Shown one piece after another: positions 26,501 to 41,500 of a DNA stretch of 64,000 nt (its first letter is position 1; every line of letters begins with the position of its first letter). This stretch comes from Antedon mediterranea (taxonomy: Eukaryota > Animalia > Echinodermata). The stretch spans positions 23,237,175 to 23,301,174 of the forward strand of contig NC_092677.1 of the NCBI RefSeq assembly GCF_964355755.1, read 5' to 3'. The notes under the pieces are model-generated. The model was not told where the DNA came from. It ran no database searches and saw nothing but the letters and a program-made list of their open reading frames with translations. Made by a program: the position numbers and the translations under genes.

Positions 26501-29500
26501 AGAATAGTTAAATATAATGAATGTTTATGGGTTGAATGGAGAGTTGAAAGTTGATTTTTTCAGAACCAAGTTAAATAAGGCATTTAGGTTTTCAGATGTA
26601 AAAGTTTAACCATTAAATAATAATTTTGTTTTCCTTCTGTAAATATAACTTGTTTACTATATAGTTTTTTTAATGTATTGTATTGATATTTTTAATGTTT
26701 TATATATTGTATGTGTTTTTAAGCACCAAGGAAAACAAATTTCATGTTCGCCTGGTTGTGTTCATGACAATAAAGATTTATCTTATCTTATTGATCTTAG
26801 TTTAAACAATTCCTTAGCCTATATATGATTTTGACATGGTTGTTACCAGGGTTACTGTAAGTATAAGTAATGTATAAATAATAAGCACCGATCTTTTGAA
26901 GACAAAACATTATCTAAGATCAAAAGTTATTTCATTCATTTCATAATTTGACAACAAATCTGAATAGTTTTTTTCTATTGATCAAAAATACAAACAATTA
27001 ATTGTCTACTGGTATATTAAAATGAAACCAAAGTATTGGTACCTGATAAGTACTAACAGGCTGTAACACAAAGTTTTTGCCAACAATAACCTATTTTTTA
27101 AACTTAATAGTTTATATGATTTAAGATAACAAATATCTTTATTGAGTTATTTAAAACCGTACCCATCAACCCCCATGTGCACTCCATCACAATTCTTATT
27201 TACTATTTATCACTAATAAGTTCCCAAAAACACAAGCTTCGTGGTCATATAAATTATGATAATTGTAATTAATAAATTATAATTGCCAGGTTTTAGTACT
27301 CATTTTGATTGCTGTCAAGATAAGATAAGATAAGATAACTTTTATTGATCCTCAAAAAGGAAATTCATTGCTCGTCATAATAACAAAGAAAACACTATAA
27401 AAACAAATATAGCATAAAACCATTCATATAAAAACATCTAAAAAATTACAATATAAAATTATCTTCTTGACTTCCTGTTGTACTGGATGATACCGGAGGG
27501 AATAAAGGATTTAGCAAATCGATTTGTTTTCACACTGAGGAGCCTCAATCTACCACTTGGATTAAGTTGGTCTATGATCACTTTGTGGAGAGGATGAGAG
27601 GCATCCGACTCAATGCGTTCGAAATCTTTCTGGAGGTGTTCTAGGTGCACATCGGTAAAGGAAGGCAGTTCCAGACCAATCATTTTACCAGCCCGACGGA
27701 TGAAAGTTTCAAGGCGTCCTTTATTCCCTCCGGTAACATTACCAGCCCAACAGGAGAGGCAATACGTCCAAACACTACATATAACGGATCTATAGAACGA
27801 AAGTAACATCAAATCACAGGAGTTAAATTTATATAAAGTTCTCATACAATACATTCTGGGACTTAATTTTTTGCTGATGAAGTCTATATGGTCTCCCCAG
27901 TAACTCTGCAGATAAGAGCTAAGTACTAGATCAAGAAATATCATCATTAATTTTAGTTTGAAGTCACATAACAAGTTGGTTTGAAATTGTTTGAAAAATG
28001 AAATTACACAGACCAACAGTGGTATTGGTAGTCTATGAATGCCGCTTACCTGTAGAAACTGACAATAGCCAATTCTCCTTGAAGAGTAAAGATATAACTC
28101 GAAAAGTAGACACCCCTCTCCACAAATGGTATTAGTCAATGAACTATGCCTCAAGTGGTAGCCTCCCCACAAACCACCATCATCATTTCTTTTGGGCTAT
28201 CTATTGTTAGTTTATCCAGGAAAGCTAGGCACAAAATAGACCAATACCTTTTCCAGAGTTATAATACATTGTGTAAAAACTACAAATTGAGGCTCGCTAA
28301 ACAGACAGTACAGATCTAAACACTGATGATAACAAAAATAATAATTGTTTTTTAAATGTAATAAAGACTTTTTTCCAATATTTGGACATTGCAAAACAGC
28401 ACTAATTTACTATTTCAAGTAAATAATTGAAGGCCTACATTACATATATTTTTAGTTTAGATTTTTATGATGTAAAAATATATTTTCATGATAAATCAAA
28501 TAATTCCTATATAATAATTTGATTTATTGTCATAACCTACATTATTTTAAACTACAATAAAAAATGACTTTAATTTGTTTTAATTGTCAAGATTCAGACA
28601 GTCAACTACAATATTAAGGAGTGTATGTAAGGCTTGCTATATGATTGCTTAAACTTGTTTAGCCCACTGTAGTTACTGCAGTAGTAGAACAGAATTAGAA
28701 GAAGTTAATAGATTACAGTATTGACAAATGGTAAACTGGTATTTGGTAGGGTATTTTGAAACTGTAAATCTTGCTCTTTGTATTTGCATTGCTGTTCTGA
28801 TATTGTAATGGGTGCACCGCCCTCGTGGCTGATAGCCACTGATTTAATAGTGTAATTTTCCAAATAAATTATTATCAGTATTAAACACAGTGTACAATTT
28901 TCAAAGTTTCTATTTATAGAAATCAGCATTTCTGTTTATTTTAAATGAAAGCATCATTATTGATAATGAGATATAATCTAATGTTGTTTTTTGTTTAGAG
29001 AATAGAATTACAGGTAGTAAATAAAATATGTAAAATTTGTCTAAACATTGTATCCTATCACAAGGTGTATATTCATTATTTTATAATTTAGTGTATGTGT
29101 TTATTAACTTTAGCTTTATATAATTTAATTATATATTATGAAATATGCATTATTACGGGATGTGTTGCATTCCAGGACCTTCCTGCGGTTTTTTTTATTG
29201 AAAGTTATTGTAATATTCTAGAATAAGCCCATTCCTATAATAAAAAATTCAAATATGATTAATTCATTTAATTAAGTAATTTTAATAATGAATTAACATA
29301 TTTGTATAATGAAACGATGACTAAGAGGTGAATGGATTAGTGAGTCACATGTCATTAACCCTATGCTAATCCTAATCAATCAACAGTAATCTGTATGGCT
29401 TTTTATGTTCCTCAACCTTAATCCTCAAGAGTATGGCTTACAAATCCCTCAACCTACTACAACCATCTATCATCAGCGATGCTACTTAGTTGAAATAAAT

Positions 29501-32500
29501 GCGTATGTACGTGCAACCCTATTACGTTATACGCTTCTCTAGGCTGGATTAAGTACCGCTTTAATCTTCTCCCAAATGACAACCAAAAACCACTTTTACC
29601 ATGACGATAAAGTGATTTTATTTTTAAAATATTACTTTCTATATCATATTTATATAGATTTTAAAACATCCTGTTCATATTCCATAAATTTTGAGTGAAA
29701 ATTAACTCATAAATTCCAGAAAGATCGTAACATCGAAAACGTACATACATTCCTGCTCTCACCTAGGCATCCATTCCTAGATGCATCAAAAAAGAAAGTC
29801 TAACTGATGGCACACCAAACTATAGAATGGTTCCAAGACACGACTATCTTTCAACTTTAGTTGACAGTAGATTGAATTTTTGTTGTTACGAATCGAGTAT
29901 TGTAATAATATGTTGATGAATTTTATGATGACGAGTTGACGATATATTTATATAGACATATTACACAAACATATTAAAAATAAACTGTATAGATATTATA
30001 AGGAAGAAAAGCAAAGGCATTATAGAGCAGCTTTTTCGGAATATATATACTGTAATAGCAAGTATATTAATGTTTAATTATTTTTGTACATTTTAGGAGA
30101 TCTTGTCAGAGGTATCCAACTACATAATTAAATTGGTAAAATAGTATTGGGAATAAAAATGAGGCAAATAATTTTATTTCTAAGCTAGCGTACAACGGTA
30201 CAACATATATTATATTGAATTCCTTGAGTCGAATATTTATATTGGTTATGCTTATATAACTCATAAATATTATACTGGCAACAGTCATACATATTACACG
30301 AGCCGTAACTTGCATAAACACTATAATTTATTTATTACAGATCACGTCTACAAATATCTATTAAAACGGTCTTAATATCTCAAACTGTATACATGATCAG
30401 ATCCTAGTTTCTTTAGCTGTAATTTAATCCTGTTTTTACATAAACATTCTGTTTACAACACTATCAGTAAATTTAAATTGTAGCAAGAAGAGGAAAGACA
30501 TTTCTGATAGTGTTTTGTTAAGAGCCTCGAGGAGACAAACATGTTTTTTAATTAAATGTAGAAAATCTATGTTGTAGAGGACGAGTGCATCGTATCAAAC
30601 ACACAAGTAAAGCATTTCATGATTACATATACCTGTGCACAATAAAACATACAGCAAGTCATCTGTAAAATATAATAAATGAATAATAGCTAGAGATAAC
30701 AATTAATGCAAAGTAATCAATTCTAATTTATACCTGAATCGCATACGAACTGTCTGCAGGAATTATCGCTGAATGTGATTATAACGCCATGTTTCTTCAC
30801 GTTTGATGGAAGCCGAGCGACCCTGATCACATGATCCAAGATGATGATCTTGTGGTAACCACGGTGATTTGCACACCGCTCATCCATGAACTTTTCTAGT
30901 CTCTTTGGTCCAGCACTTGAGGCCTTTTTGAAAACTATCCATCTTTTTTGCCACACCTAAAATGATAATATTTTATTTATGAATTAGGTTTGATGAATTA
31001 ATTATCCTCTTGGAATAATATTTATAAAAAATAAAGAAATATTTTAATATTCTACACAACAGATTTTTAATAATTAAAAGATTCTATATTGATTAACAAT
31101 TGAAGTACATATATTTTGAAAATAGATGAAATTTAAATGAATAAGAACACAAACACATACAGAGAGCAATAATCAACACAAGTTGTAAAATGAATTTAAC
31201 GTGTTATGATTAGAACGATAATAATTATCAAGGACATGACACAAATTTGATTTGTTACAAAAATCAGTCACAAATGCTTATCAAGTAATAAAAGGCAGAG
31301 GTAAACTAACACCGGAAACAAACCAACACAAGCATAACACAACAATCCAACTTGTGTATCCTATAACTATTGTACCATATAAACAATACAACTCAAATAA
31401 TTATCCGAATTATTTGTCCTAATCTGTCAAAATGAACGTGATGCCCTAAAGGCAAGTTTCCTTCCCATTTGTTCTGCTTTGGAATGTTCATTCATGCCGC
31501 ATGCTGAAAAGGGAACGGGAGAAAATTATAAGGGCTTAATATTATGGATAAATGAAGGCTAATTTGAGTTGGTTGATCAAAACTTGCGCAAATTGCTTGA
31601 TTGAACCCATTCAATGCAAAATCTTGCTTGGTAGTTAATAAGCTATTAGGGGAAAATTACCTGGGAAGAATAAGCTAAGTCTTGGTTTGGGTAATTACTA
31701 GTCTCTTGATATTTTTCATTCATACAGAGTGTAATTAAGTACTCCTTTAAAGTATCTCTTTTAGGATTAATGAAGGTTGTATTATGAGAAAATGTGAGTG
31801 TATACAAAAAGCTTATATTTACTAGAATTCACAATTACCATTTACCAAAAAAACATAGCAGGGGGAAGGAGGTATGATGAAAAATCTAATGGGATTGGAA
31901 GATTAAAAACACAAATTTATATTTATGAATATTGGACAATAAAATTCAAAAAAATTCAATTTATGTTTATATTCACAAAAATTATAAATAAAAACGTAAA
32001 ATGCAAAATTATGGAGAGCAATGGTAGAAGGATAATATAATTATTATAGTCCAAGGAAAATCAAACTGAAATTGTTACACCTCATGTGTACTTTAAACAG
32101 CCGGTAGTACATTTTTCGAGACATGTAGGGGTTACCCTGGTGTACTTCTAATAGTACACCATCACTGCAGTCACTGATCATACTAGGTCCTCTGGGAGAC
32201 CGTCTTCGACTGAAGAGGTCATTGCTGCATTTTTATGCTCAAAATTAAATTTTAAAAAATCACAATTAAAAGCATTTAATTAAAATTCATTTAATAGCAT
32301 CTTCCTGCTTGGCACAACTTATTAGATATTTTGCTCTTATTTTCTTTTTTCTACAACAGCAACCTCTCCGCTAGGCCTATGGATTTCATTACTTTAAAAT
32401 AGAACATTTTAATGTTCTATTTTAAAGTAATGAAAAATGAAAATGAAAATGAAAATTTTCAATCAATTTTTGTGTACTAATTAACAATTAAACAACTAAA

Positions 32501-35500
32501 TATGTAGTAACCTATAGTAGTACTATTAATTTTGAACAACTCCAGTTGGTTCAAATTTAATTATTCCAAGAAGGTAATTTGTTTTTCATTTGATACAGCC
32601 ATGAAAATAGAGCTAAATTGGGTGTATAAATGCGGTATAAAGCAAGGACAAACACAGGATGCTATTCATAAACTTCAAATTTAAAAACTAAATCTTTCAA
32701 ATACTAAAATATGTAATCTTTTTATGATAGTTAAATTACCAAATTAAAAACATGCTAAAATAATTGGTAAATAATTTTTTGCATGCACTATTTTATAATG
32801 TAATTATATTAAACAATTCATATAATAATCATTAAGAGCCAATAGGCACCCCCTCTTATTCATGCGATTATATTTACAATTATATTGTCTGCCGCCGTCT
32901 TTGCAATAAAGATTAACAGCGAAAAAGGCTTGTTTTTCTTACCGCTAGAGTAAGCAATAAAACCAATGAGGTGAAAAGATTAGCCCAGGTTAGTAATAAG
33001 CTAGCGTTTTAGGAACCATTGGCTCTCAGACGCATAACAATTAGAGAATTATAGGTATAATATTCATAACATAACACCTCGTACCCGCAAGTACATTCAA
33101 AAGTTGTCAATGCGGTGATATTAATGGGGAATTTGATCACAAATAGTCATAAACATTGATGATAAGGAGCATCCAATGGGCAAAATATAATCACTCTATA
33201 TAAAGTCATAAAATGGATTGCTAGACGATTAACAGTTATAATATGGATAATAAGTAATGTAATGATCATGAAGGAATATGTAAAAATTCATGACATCTCT
33301 ATTTACACATTATGTACATTATATTGTAGTTGGAGACAAGATAGATGATTGTAAATTCATGAATAAATTAATAATTTACATGTTTCTGGATTTATGCCTT
33401 TATATAGATATAGAGGATATACAATCAAGAATATACTTTTTGTTTCTACTTTTAAACAAACTGATTTCTTTTTAACTTTGTTGTTTTTTATTTGAGTGGA
33501 ACAGATTTATTATTCAGATGGTTAGGAAGGAGTTTGTTGATTATTAGGGATTATGTTTATATATTGGTTTTTAAAATAATCAATTCAATTCATCTTTATT
33601 GGTCTAATTCAAATAAATCAGAAACAGACATAATTGCTGCAGATATAAAATTGGTTCAAACATCAGAACGTAATGGTTAAAACAGTTACGATATTTATAA
33701 CATAAGACTCTTGTAATCCTTTTATATAATAGGAATACTAAAACATGAATGTTAGATATTTTCGCCTATAGTTTGTTCTCACCATGATGGTAATTCATGT
33801 TGTAACCATCATGCAGAGCACGCAGCCTTACGCCTTATTAACACCAGCTTCGTTTCGTATCCTCTTGACCTTATCAAAACATCGTTAAATTGGGTGATAA
33901 CAGAGCTAAGCCTCTCAGCATCAAACCAGTGCACTACCACTGATAAATAGATTGAGCTAGTAGTATGATAGTAAAGATGTGAAATTAGAATAAGGATTAA
34001 AGATGATTTTATCAGACACACACGCATAGTTCCCACGAAACAGGTGTGAAGTCAAATATGGTTAATAATAATTTCTCTTTTGCTGCAAGGTAAAAATAAT
34101 TTGTAAACCAACTGTTATCTATCGCACTCTACAGTAGGTATGAAATTTGTTCTTCTCAACATCTGCAATCCAAACGCAATGTATGAAATAATCAGTTTTT
34201 AAAAGATATTTTATTGAATTGAAAAATGTTATTCATACTGGGAAACCTCTTCAGTCAAAGACTGGTCTCCCAGAGGGCCCAGTTATGATCAGTGGCTGTG
34301 ATGTACTAGTACATCGGTGTAACCCCCTACTCACCGAGAAAGATGTACTAGGTTCTTTAAAGTGCACATGAGCTAGATGTGTACACCGGACCTATGGTTT
34401 ATAGTCCTTATCCGAGAAGACTCGTTCTACCACCAGAACTACAGAACGAGTGAGCGAAACTTTGCCGATGTTATGTCTTCGTAATTACCGCTCGGCCACT
34501 CAATATTTTTTTTTAAATCTATTATTATCTATTATCTTAAAAATAGTAATAAAAGCACTGTTCTTCATGGAATCTCTACTTCACATATTTGTGTATTGCC
34601 TTCTTTAGTCAGTCAAATAAGATAAGGGGTTGGGGGGGGGGAGGTCCTTTGAGTGATATAAGATAAAAATGAATGTTGGCATCACTAAAGACATATTAAT
34701 GTGTATTTACATTACATTTCTAAATTGTTTTCTGATTACTTTCATTATATAGAACTCACTAATAATTATCAAGTAATTAAAAATAAAGCTTTTCATTTGC
34801 ATATCTTTCAAATTAAACATAAACATCATCAAATACACATTTTATGTCTATTTCCATATCCCCATGAATCAGACATTGATTTCAAACCGAACCCCTGTAG
34901 ATCATTTGAGTATGCATTAAAAAAGTCTCATTCTAACAAGACAAACAATTACGACAATATGATGTGCTGGCACTCCACTACTTCCAAATATCAAACATAC
35001 GCATCCTGAAGGCTACAGCCGAGGGCTCCCACATCGCACCCATCAAACAACAATCTCTTTCAATTGTTATTTTACAATTTACTGTCGAATCCACTACCAT
35101 AGTTGATTACATACCACCATTTTTTAAACAACCCCACGCTGGCGTCTCAATCCCCTAAGAATTCTAATTAACAAATTAGACAGACAATATACCAATGCAA
35201 CCTGTTAATTGCATGCTTGCATAATAGCATCTTACAGATTTATCTCGGCCATTGTCAATTGTTAATGCATTACAGTCACAGCTAAAGTACTTTAATACAA
35301 AGTGCATCTTCAATGAAATGATGAAAAGGTATAAATGTTCTCATTATTCAAGTACTCCTATATTATTGGTTAAAATAGCTGATACAATATAACACAATAC
35401 GAACGCTTTTTTATTCTAGCTTTTTGCTATTATAGAATCTGAACTATATAATTATAATACAGTACTATAGTAGAAGACTGTAAAGTCTATACTTTCATAT

Positions 35501-38500
35501 ATACATTATACTAGTGTAGTCATAGAAAACGATTCTCTTGACATTTCAGTACCACATAAAATATGTAATGAATACAATGTTGATTTTCTTGAATTTACTC
35601 TGAGGTGTAATAAACTATAGTAGTAACGAAGGGGTGCACTGAACCGTAACATTTATTTTGTTGCAGTGTATTGGTATGGTTCAAATCCTATCTTTCTATG
35701 GAAAGCAGTATGGCAGTGTATTGGTTCAAATCCCATCTTTCTATGGAAAGCAGTATGACAGTGAATTGGTTCCAATCCCATCTTTCTATGGAAAGCAGTA
35801 TGATTAGAAACTATTTTCCAATGTCTTTTGAGGTGTGTTTACAAAATCATATTCAGAAGTGTGAAAATTAGCATTTTATACAATATTTATACGGATTATG
35901 TTCTGCTATTTCATAATGATAATACAATAACATATCACTACATCTCCATAGCACTATGTTGACACTTTATCCAAAACCTGAGGGTTTCTACTTATCAACT
36001 TTATGTCTATAATTCTTAAGAAAAAAAATTGTTATTTTCCGGTGGCGTCCACGATGGCAATTTCTTTAATAAATTGAAGTACTCATACAGTATCTCATAC
36101 TGAATTCAGGTCTAAAGTATATTGACGTCAGTATATCTAAGGAAAGTTCACATTGGAAACTCATAAAACACATACCTCAAAGCCTATGAAATAAACAAGA
36201 TTTTGTAGTTGTTTTTTGATTAATAACTGACCATAAATATCTTATTCAATTACTGAAAAGACCGCTTTGGGAAACAATCAACAATAAAAAATAGAATTTC
36301 CTTAATTTATTTCACTATTAAATGTAATTTAATTTATCAAGTATATTTGATCTGGGCTACAATAGCATAGTTAGTCTACCGTACTTGTCACGAATAGTAT
36401 TAAACCATGCTTTATTTTGTTACAACCAACTAAGTCATTTAATTTTGTTGTACAATTTAACTTAATTTTTAGGTCTAACATTAATGTCATAAATGACCAA
36501 TATATTGGCCGTTTACGAAACTTAAAGTTCTTGGGATGTCGTCAAATATCTGTCATTAATCATTCCTTAACAGATTTTTTAATGGCTGTCCATCAGAATT
36601 TATCAGAGCCGGAGTTTGGAAACGTGCCGTGTCCTTTCAGATAACCCCAGGATTTTTTATATTTTATGTCAATCATATTACGTTTGCAAACAAATTATAT
36701 ATGTGATCCAGTTTGTTCCTTTGTTTATTGCTGATCAGATTAGAAATTCATATTCGCAGACGTCAGTGCCAGAAGATTGTCCAGATTCTTAAAAATGTTT
36801 TAACCATAGCCTTAGATGAGCTAATGCATACGTAAAAGGTTTGATATTTAGTATATCTTGGGTCCTGTTTCTGCTGAAAATAATTATTAAGTGTGCGAAT
36901 AAATTAACACCAATTTAATGGCAGCAGAAAAAGGACAAATTTTCAGTAACTGGACATTAAATAACAGTTGAAAACACCCAATCGATTTGGTGTTAGAACG
37001 CCATTTAATTGGTTATTACTGTGCAACTCTTATCTGCAAAATGCAGTCGATATAAAAATTATATTTTAATTCTATTTTTAAATAAACAGCTTACTCGGTG
37101 CTATGCTGAAGAAACACCTTGGATGAAGTGGAGGGGATGGGGGTTGGGGAACAGTCATTTGGTCAATGTTTGTACCTTCCTTGATAATCTAGAAAAAGGA
37201 TCCTACATGTAGCTTAGTACATATTATTGATATTATTTATTTCGTAGGCTTTCATTTCATGCTTGTGTAATCATAGTAAAGAGGTCACACATAGTACAAC
37301 TTTAAGTTAACTCAAGATTTTATCAACTCTATTCCTCTATTAAAGCAATTGTTCCTAATTTCTATAAGGTTTTTCTGATTTTGCCACAGGACTAAAAAAC
37401 AATGGATGGTGCTTGAATTCATGGTGAAGAAAGTACACAACAACTTTCAATGGGTCAATACCAAAGGAGTTATTATATCTGATACACTAGACAACAAAAA
37501 TATAAAAATGCTTGAAGACATACATACTGTAAAGTCATCAACTTTAAATTGTAAAAATATTTAAGTATTCATGCAAAATTTAAGATTTTTAATTTGATAA
37601 AGTTGAAATTACTTTGGTTGTTTTGTTTACCACCTATGATTACAAATAGAAGCTAGTTTGTCACCTTCTGATACATTAAAACTTGTTGATTTGTAAGAAA
37701 GATAAAGAAGTTTTAAAAAGTTTGGAATTGTATCCAGATTTAAGTTGATAAGGTATCTGTTTATTTAGGTTTTAAAAAAATAATAAAAATAAGTTTATTT
37801 GATTTATCAATATCGTCAACCAAAATCAATATTATAAGTGTTATAAGTTTGTCTTCAAATGAAAATTTGCCATGATGAAATCACTTTTGAATCTGTGCCT
37901 TCCATTACTAACGCACCTGAAGACAATCTCCGTAATGTACTTTTTATTGTATCATTAACGGCTTAACAACATCCCATCTAAAGGATGAGGCAATGAGAAT
38001 AAGCATCTTGCCTAAGAATTGATCAATAATTATTATGCAGGGACTTCAATATACAATGTATAGTATATAGTTTACACAATCTAGTACAGTACTTTGAAAT
38101 TAATATATTGCACTACAGGCCTATACATACTAATGATAATATATTACTTATAACTGAATAGTATAACATAGATTGTTAAAATATTTATTATTAAAATATT
38201 ATTATTTAAATAAGTTTATTAATGTATTTATGATATGTATAGTGACATAAACCAGATATTATGATGCAAATGTTTAATCTCATAGATTGATCCTACAAGA
38301 TTGAATAAAAGATTTACTAAATAAATATTTAAGTTGATGAATAATGTATATTAAATATGGTTTATTCGGTCAAATTATTATTGAATCAAAATGCATAATG
38401 AGTCTTTCAGATATGCGATCATCATAACCCAATAAAACCAGAGTAATCTTTTATTTTAGTATGAATTATCAAAGTAGGTCAGTATTGGAAACGTGTTAAT

Positions 38501-41500
38501 AGCAGTTAGATTTATTGAAAACAATGAGATGGCTAATCAGAATATGATGACAATGTTGCACCATCATCTATAGTGTTATAGAAATAGAAAATATTTTGCA
38601 CAGTTTTTAGATTAAAGTCTGTGTAAAGTTTATGTTTGTCTCTGTTGGGACTTGCATCACATGACCCCATCACATGACCACAGAACATGGAGAGTGGAAG
38701 CAAAATTTTACAAGTGACCATCATCATATTAGTTGTTTGTAAAAAATATTCAACTATTTAATAAACTGGCTAAAATCGTTATTTTGCCGAAATACTCCAC
38801 TTGTCATTCATTCGGTATTTCACAAGAGTTTCAATTCAATTCAATTCAACGTAAACATTTATTTTCTTTGTTTCAATCAATAATAAAACAAATGAATAAG
38901 GTATTAAAAAAAGTAAGTACGGGTTTCAAATAATACATTTCATGAATATAATATATAAACACGACAGGAAAAGAACATTAGTTCTAAACCACCCGGTGAT
39001 ATACTGAAATTTTAATTAATTAATTTGAAACGATAAAGATGAGGAAATATAATATAAATATATAGCCTATATAGACTATTTTTAGTTACATATATACAGT
39101 ATATATAAATATACATATTTATATATATAAACAAATCAGGCAAAGAACATATAAATATATACATACACACACACACATACATATATACAATCAATTGTGT
39201 TGCATAGCACTGTGTAAATTATATATAAATAAATAAATAATTTTTATTTTTTTTTATATATTGATAACATCAAATAATACCTTATATAAAAAAAACAGCA
39301 ACATGTGGAAAAAAAGATGGCAATCCACGAAAGGCAAGCCTGTGATGTGGAAGCCCACACAATGAAGTAATAAATAAGTTAGACAGACACACAGGTACAG
39401 AACAAAATTACAAGACACGAATCACAACACAAACAGACATCAACAAACAGAACATGCACAGACACACACGAACACAAATCACCAGGGGAAAACATTAATA
39501 TTTAGAAATGAGGAAAGATTTGAATGTTTTATTAAATAAAAATTTAGTAGCCGAATGTTTAATTTGAAAAGGAATTTTATTCCAATTCATGGGACCAGTA
39601 TATCTGATTGAATGTTTAAAGGCAGTGAATCTTGGTTTTGGCAAATGTAGGTCTTGTGCAATACGAGTATTATAATTATGAACTTCGTGATTAAATTTGA
39701 AAAGATGAGATGAAGGAGAATCAGCTGTCAAAGAGTCATAAATAAATGAAATTTGTTGAAAAAGATTGATATCAGCTAATTTAAGAAAATTATGTACGGA
39801 AAAAATAGGGGAAGTTTAATAGTAAAAGCTAACTTTGAAAAAAAATTGAAGTACAATATTAGCCATGAAGAAATAGCCTTTAGGTAAAACTACCTACTGA
39901 TAAACAACTGTCTGTTAGTTTGATATCCAGTGTACTACTAGTATAAAATTCTATAATATATTAGACTTGGCCTTCAATTACTCTAGAGAGGAAAAGTACT
40001 TGGTGAAAAATATTGATTTTCATTATCGTAGATTTAATGGCTAGGTTATAATGATTATTTATTGTAAAATATACAATTTAAAAAACCTTGATTGTATAAT
40101 CACAAATGTTTTGTGCTAAAGTATTTTTATTTTTTTTTCAATTTAAATTTTAATAGATATATTTAAATGAATTTAGGGAAATTTATAAATGTATTTTGTT
40201 CTAGAGATAATGTTCTTCTTTGGGGATTTTGGACGGTTTTCAATATGTTTTTTTTATTGCTAATCACAGCTCATTTGATTGGCCCGCCAATAGTTAACTA
40301 TAGAATTTATATCACGTCAACCGTGCCATTTAGCAAGATAAATAATTTATAGTTACATACATTTTTTCTAGTCTGTATGAAATTACTTTATATCAACATA
40401 TTGCCATTAATTTTAATTCTCTAATACTATTTTGACATTTCTACATTCACAAGTAACATTAAATTATGGAAACGAAAGCAAGAATTACAATTAGCTTGCT
40501 AAGACAGGAAGCTATTTCCAATTATAAAATAACTTGTTGAGTAAATTAAAAAAAGTTTAAATATTATAATGGTTTCCAGAGTCTGGCTATTATATAACTG
40601 AAATATATTTACATGATTTTGTGATTGTGTATTTTACATTAAATGATGCATAAATTATTAGTTTTTTACATAGATTTTTTAATAATTTATAAATCTTCAA
40701 TTGTAGGAATGTGGGCAAACTGATGATTCTGGGTTCAAATCTATGTTAATGCATTCTCAGATTTATCCTATTTTCACCATTAATTTCCAGTATATCACTT
40801 TGGTGTTTTAGAAATTCTCTGTTTTCTGTCATTATTACATAATTATATACTGTAGTTGGATAGCCGAGTGGTTAGGACACTTGACTGTCATACAGATAGA
40901 CACGGGTTCAATTCCTGACAACCCCCAGTCCACTCAGCTGTATATGAGTACCTAGTTGAAAATACTAAGGAGAAATAAGGCAGCGTGGAAAGGAACTGGC
41001 CACCCTACCACATAATGCCGAGGCTTAGTACAATGAGCTCCTAACAGCTCATTCCCCGATGTTCAGAATGAACACAGGACTCACCTATTACATAATTATA
41101 TACAATAAACACATTTTCTGAAAGCATACAGAAAATAAAACATAAATAATTATAATTATATTTTTTGGAGGTTTATTTAATAAAAAGAAGCTTCCCATTG
41201 TTATGTTAAGACCAGACCAAAACCATCGGTTTATTTTAAAAGTACTTCTATGGAATATTAATGAACCAATTGTGACATTTGCTTACATAAAAATGGACTA
41301 TGAAACATAGAGTACATGTACAATATTTGCAATTGTCTTATATTGTATAGTCGCCCATGGGCAAATATAGATTTGTGTGCGTTAAACTTCACTTTTAACA
41401 AACGTAACCTTTGGTGTGTTTTACGAATACATAATTTATTTTTCATATTAGAACTTTTATTTCACAATCATCCATATTTTAATAATTTTGTTTTAAGTGT

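Noticed and set aside
27901-28172. N-terminal part of the 237-aa ORF 27459..28172
   Set aside because: Only the part from about WGDHIDF onward resembles LINE protein; the rest is chance read-through into flanking intron.
34240-34280. CTGAAGA in the Deu-SINE tail as a hammerhead
   Set aside because: No GAAA or stem II geometry; it is a LINE-type 3' stem-loop.
35671-35871. ORF with a 15-aa repeat
   Set aside because: Product of the 45-bp tandem repeat; antisense within a Dok intron with no supporting exons.
40855-40930. tRNA gene
   Set aside because: It has A and B boxes but no complete cloverleaf, continues into a SINE body and is bounded by a TSD.
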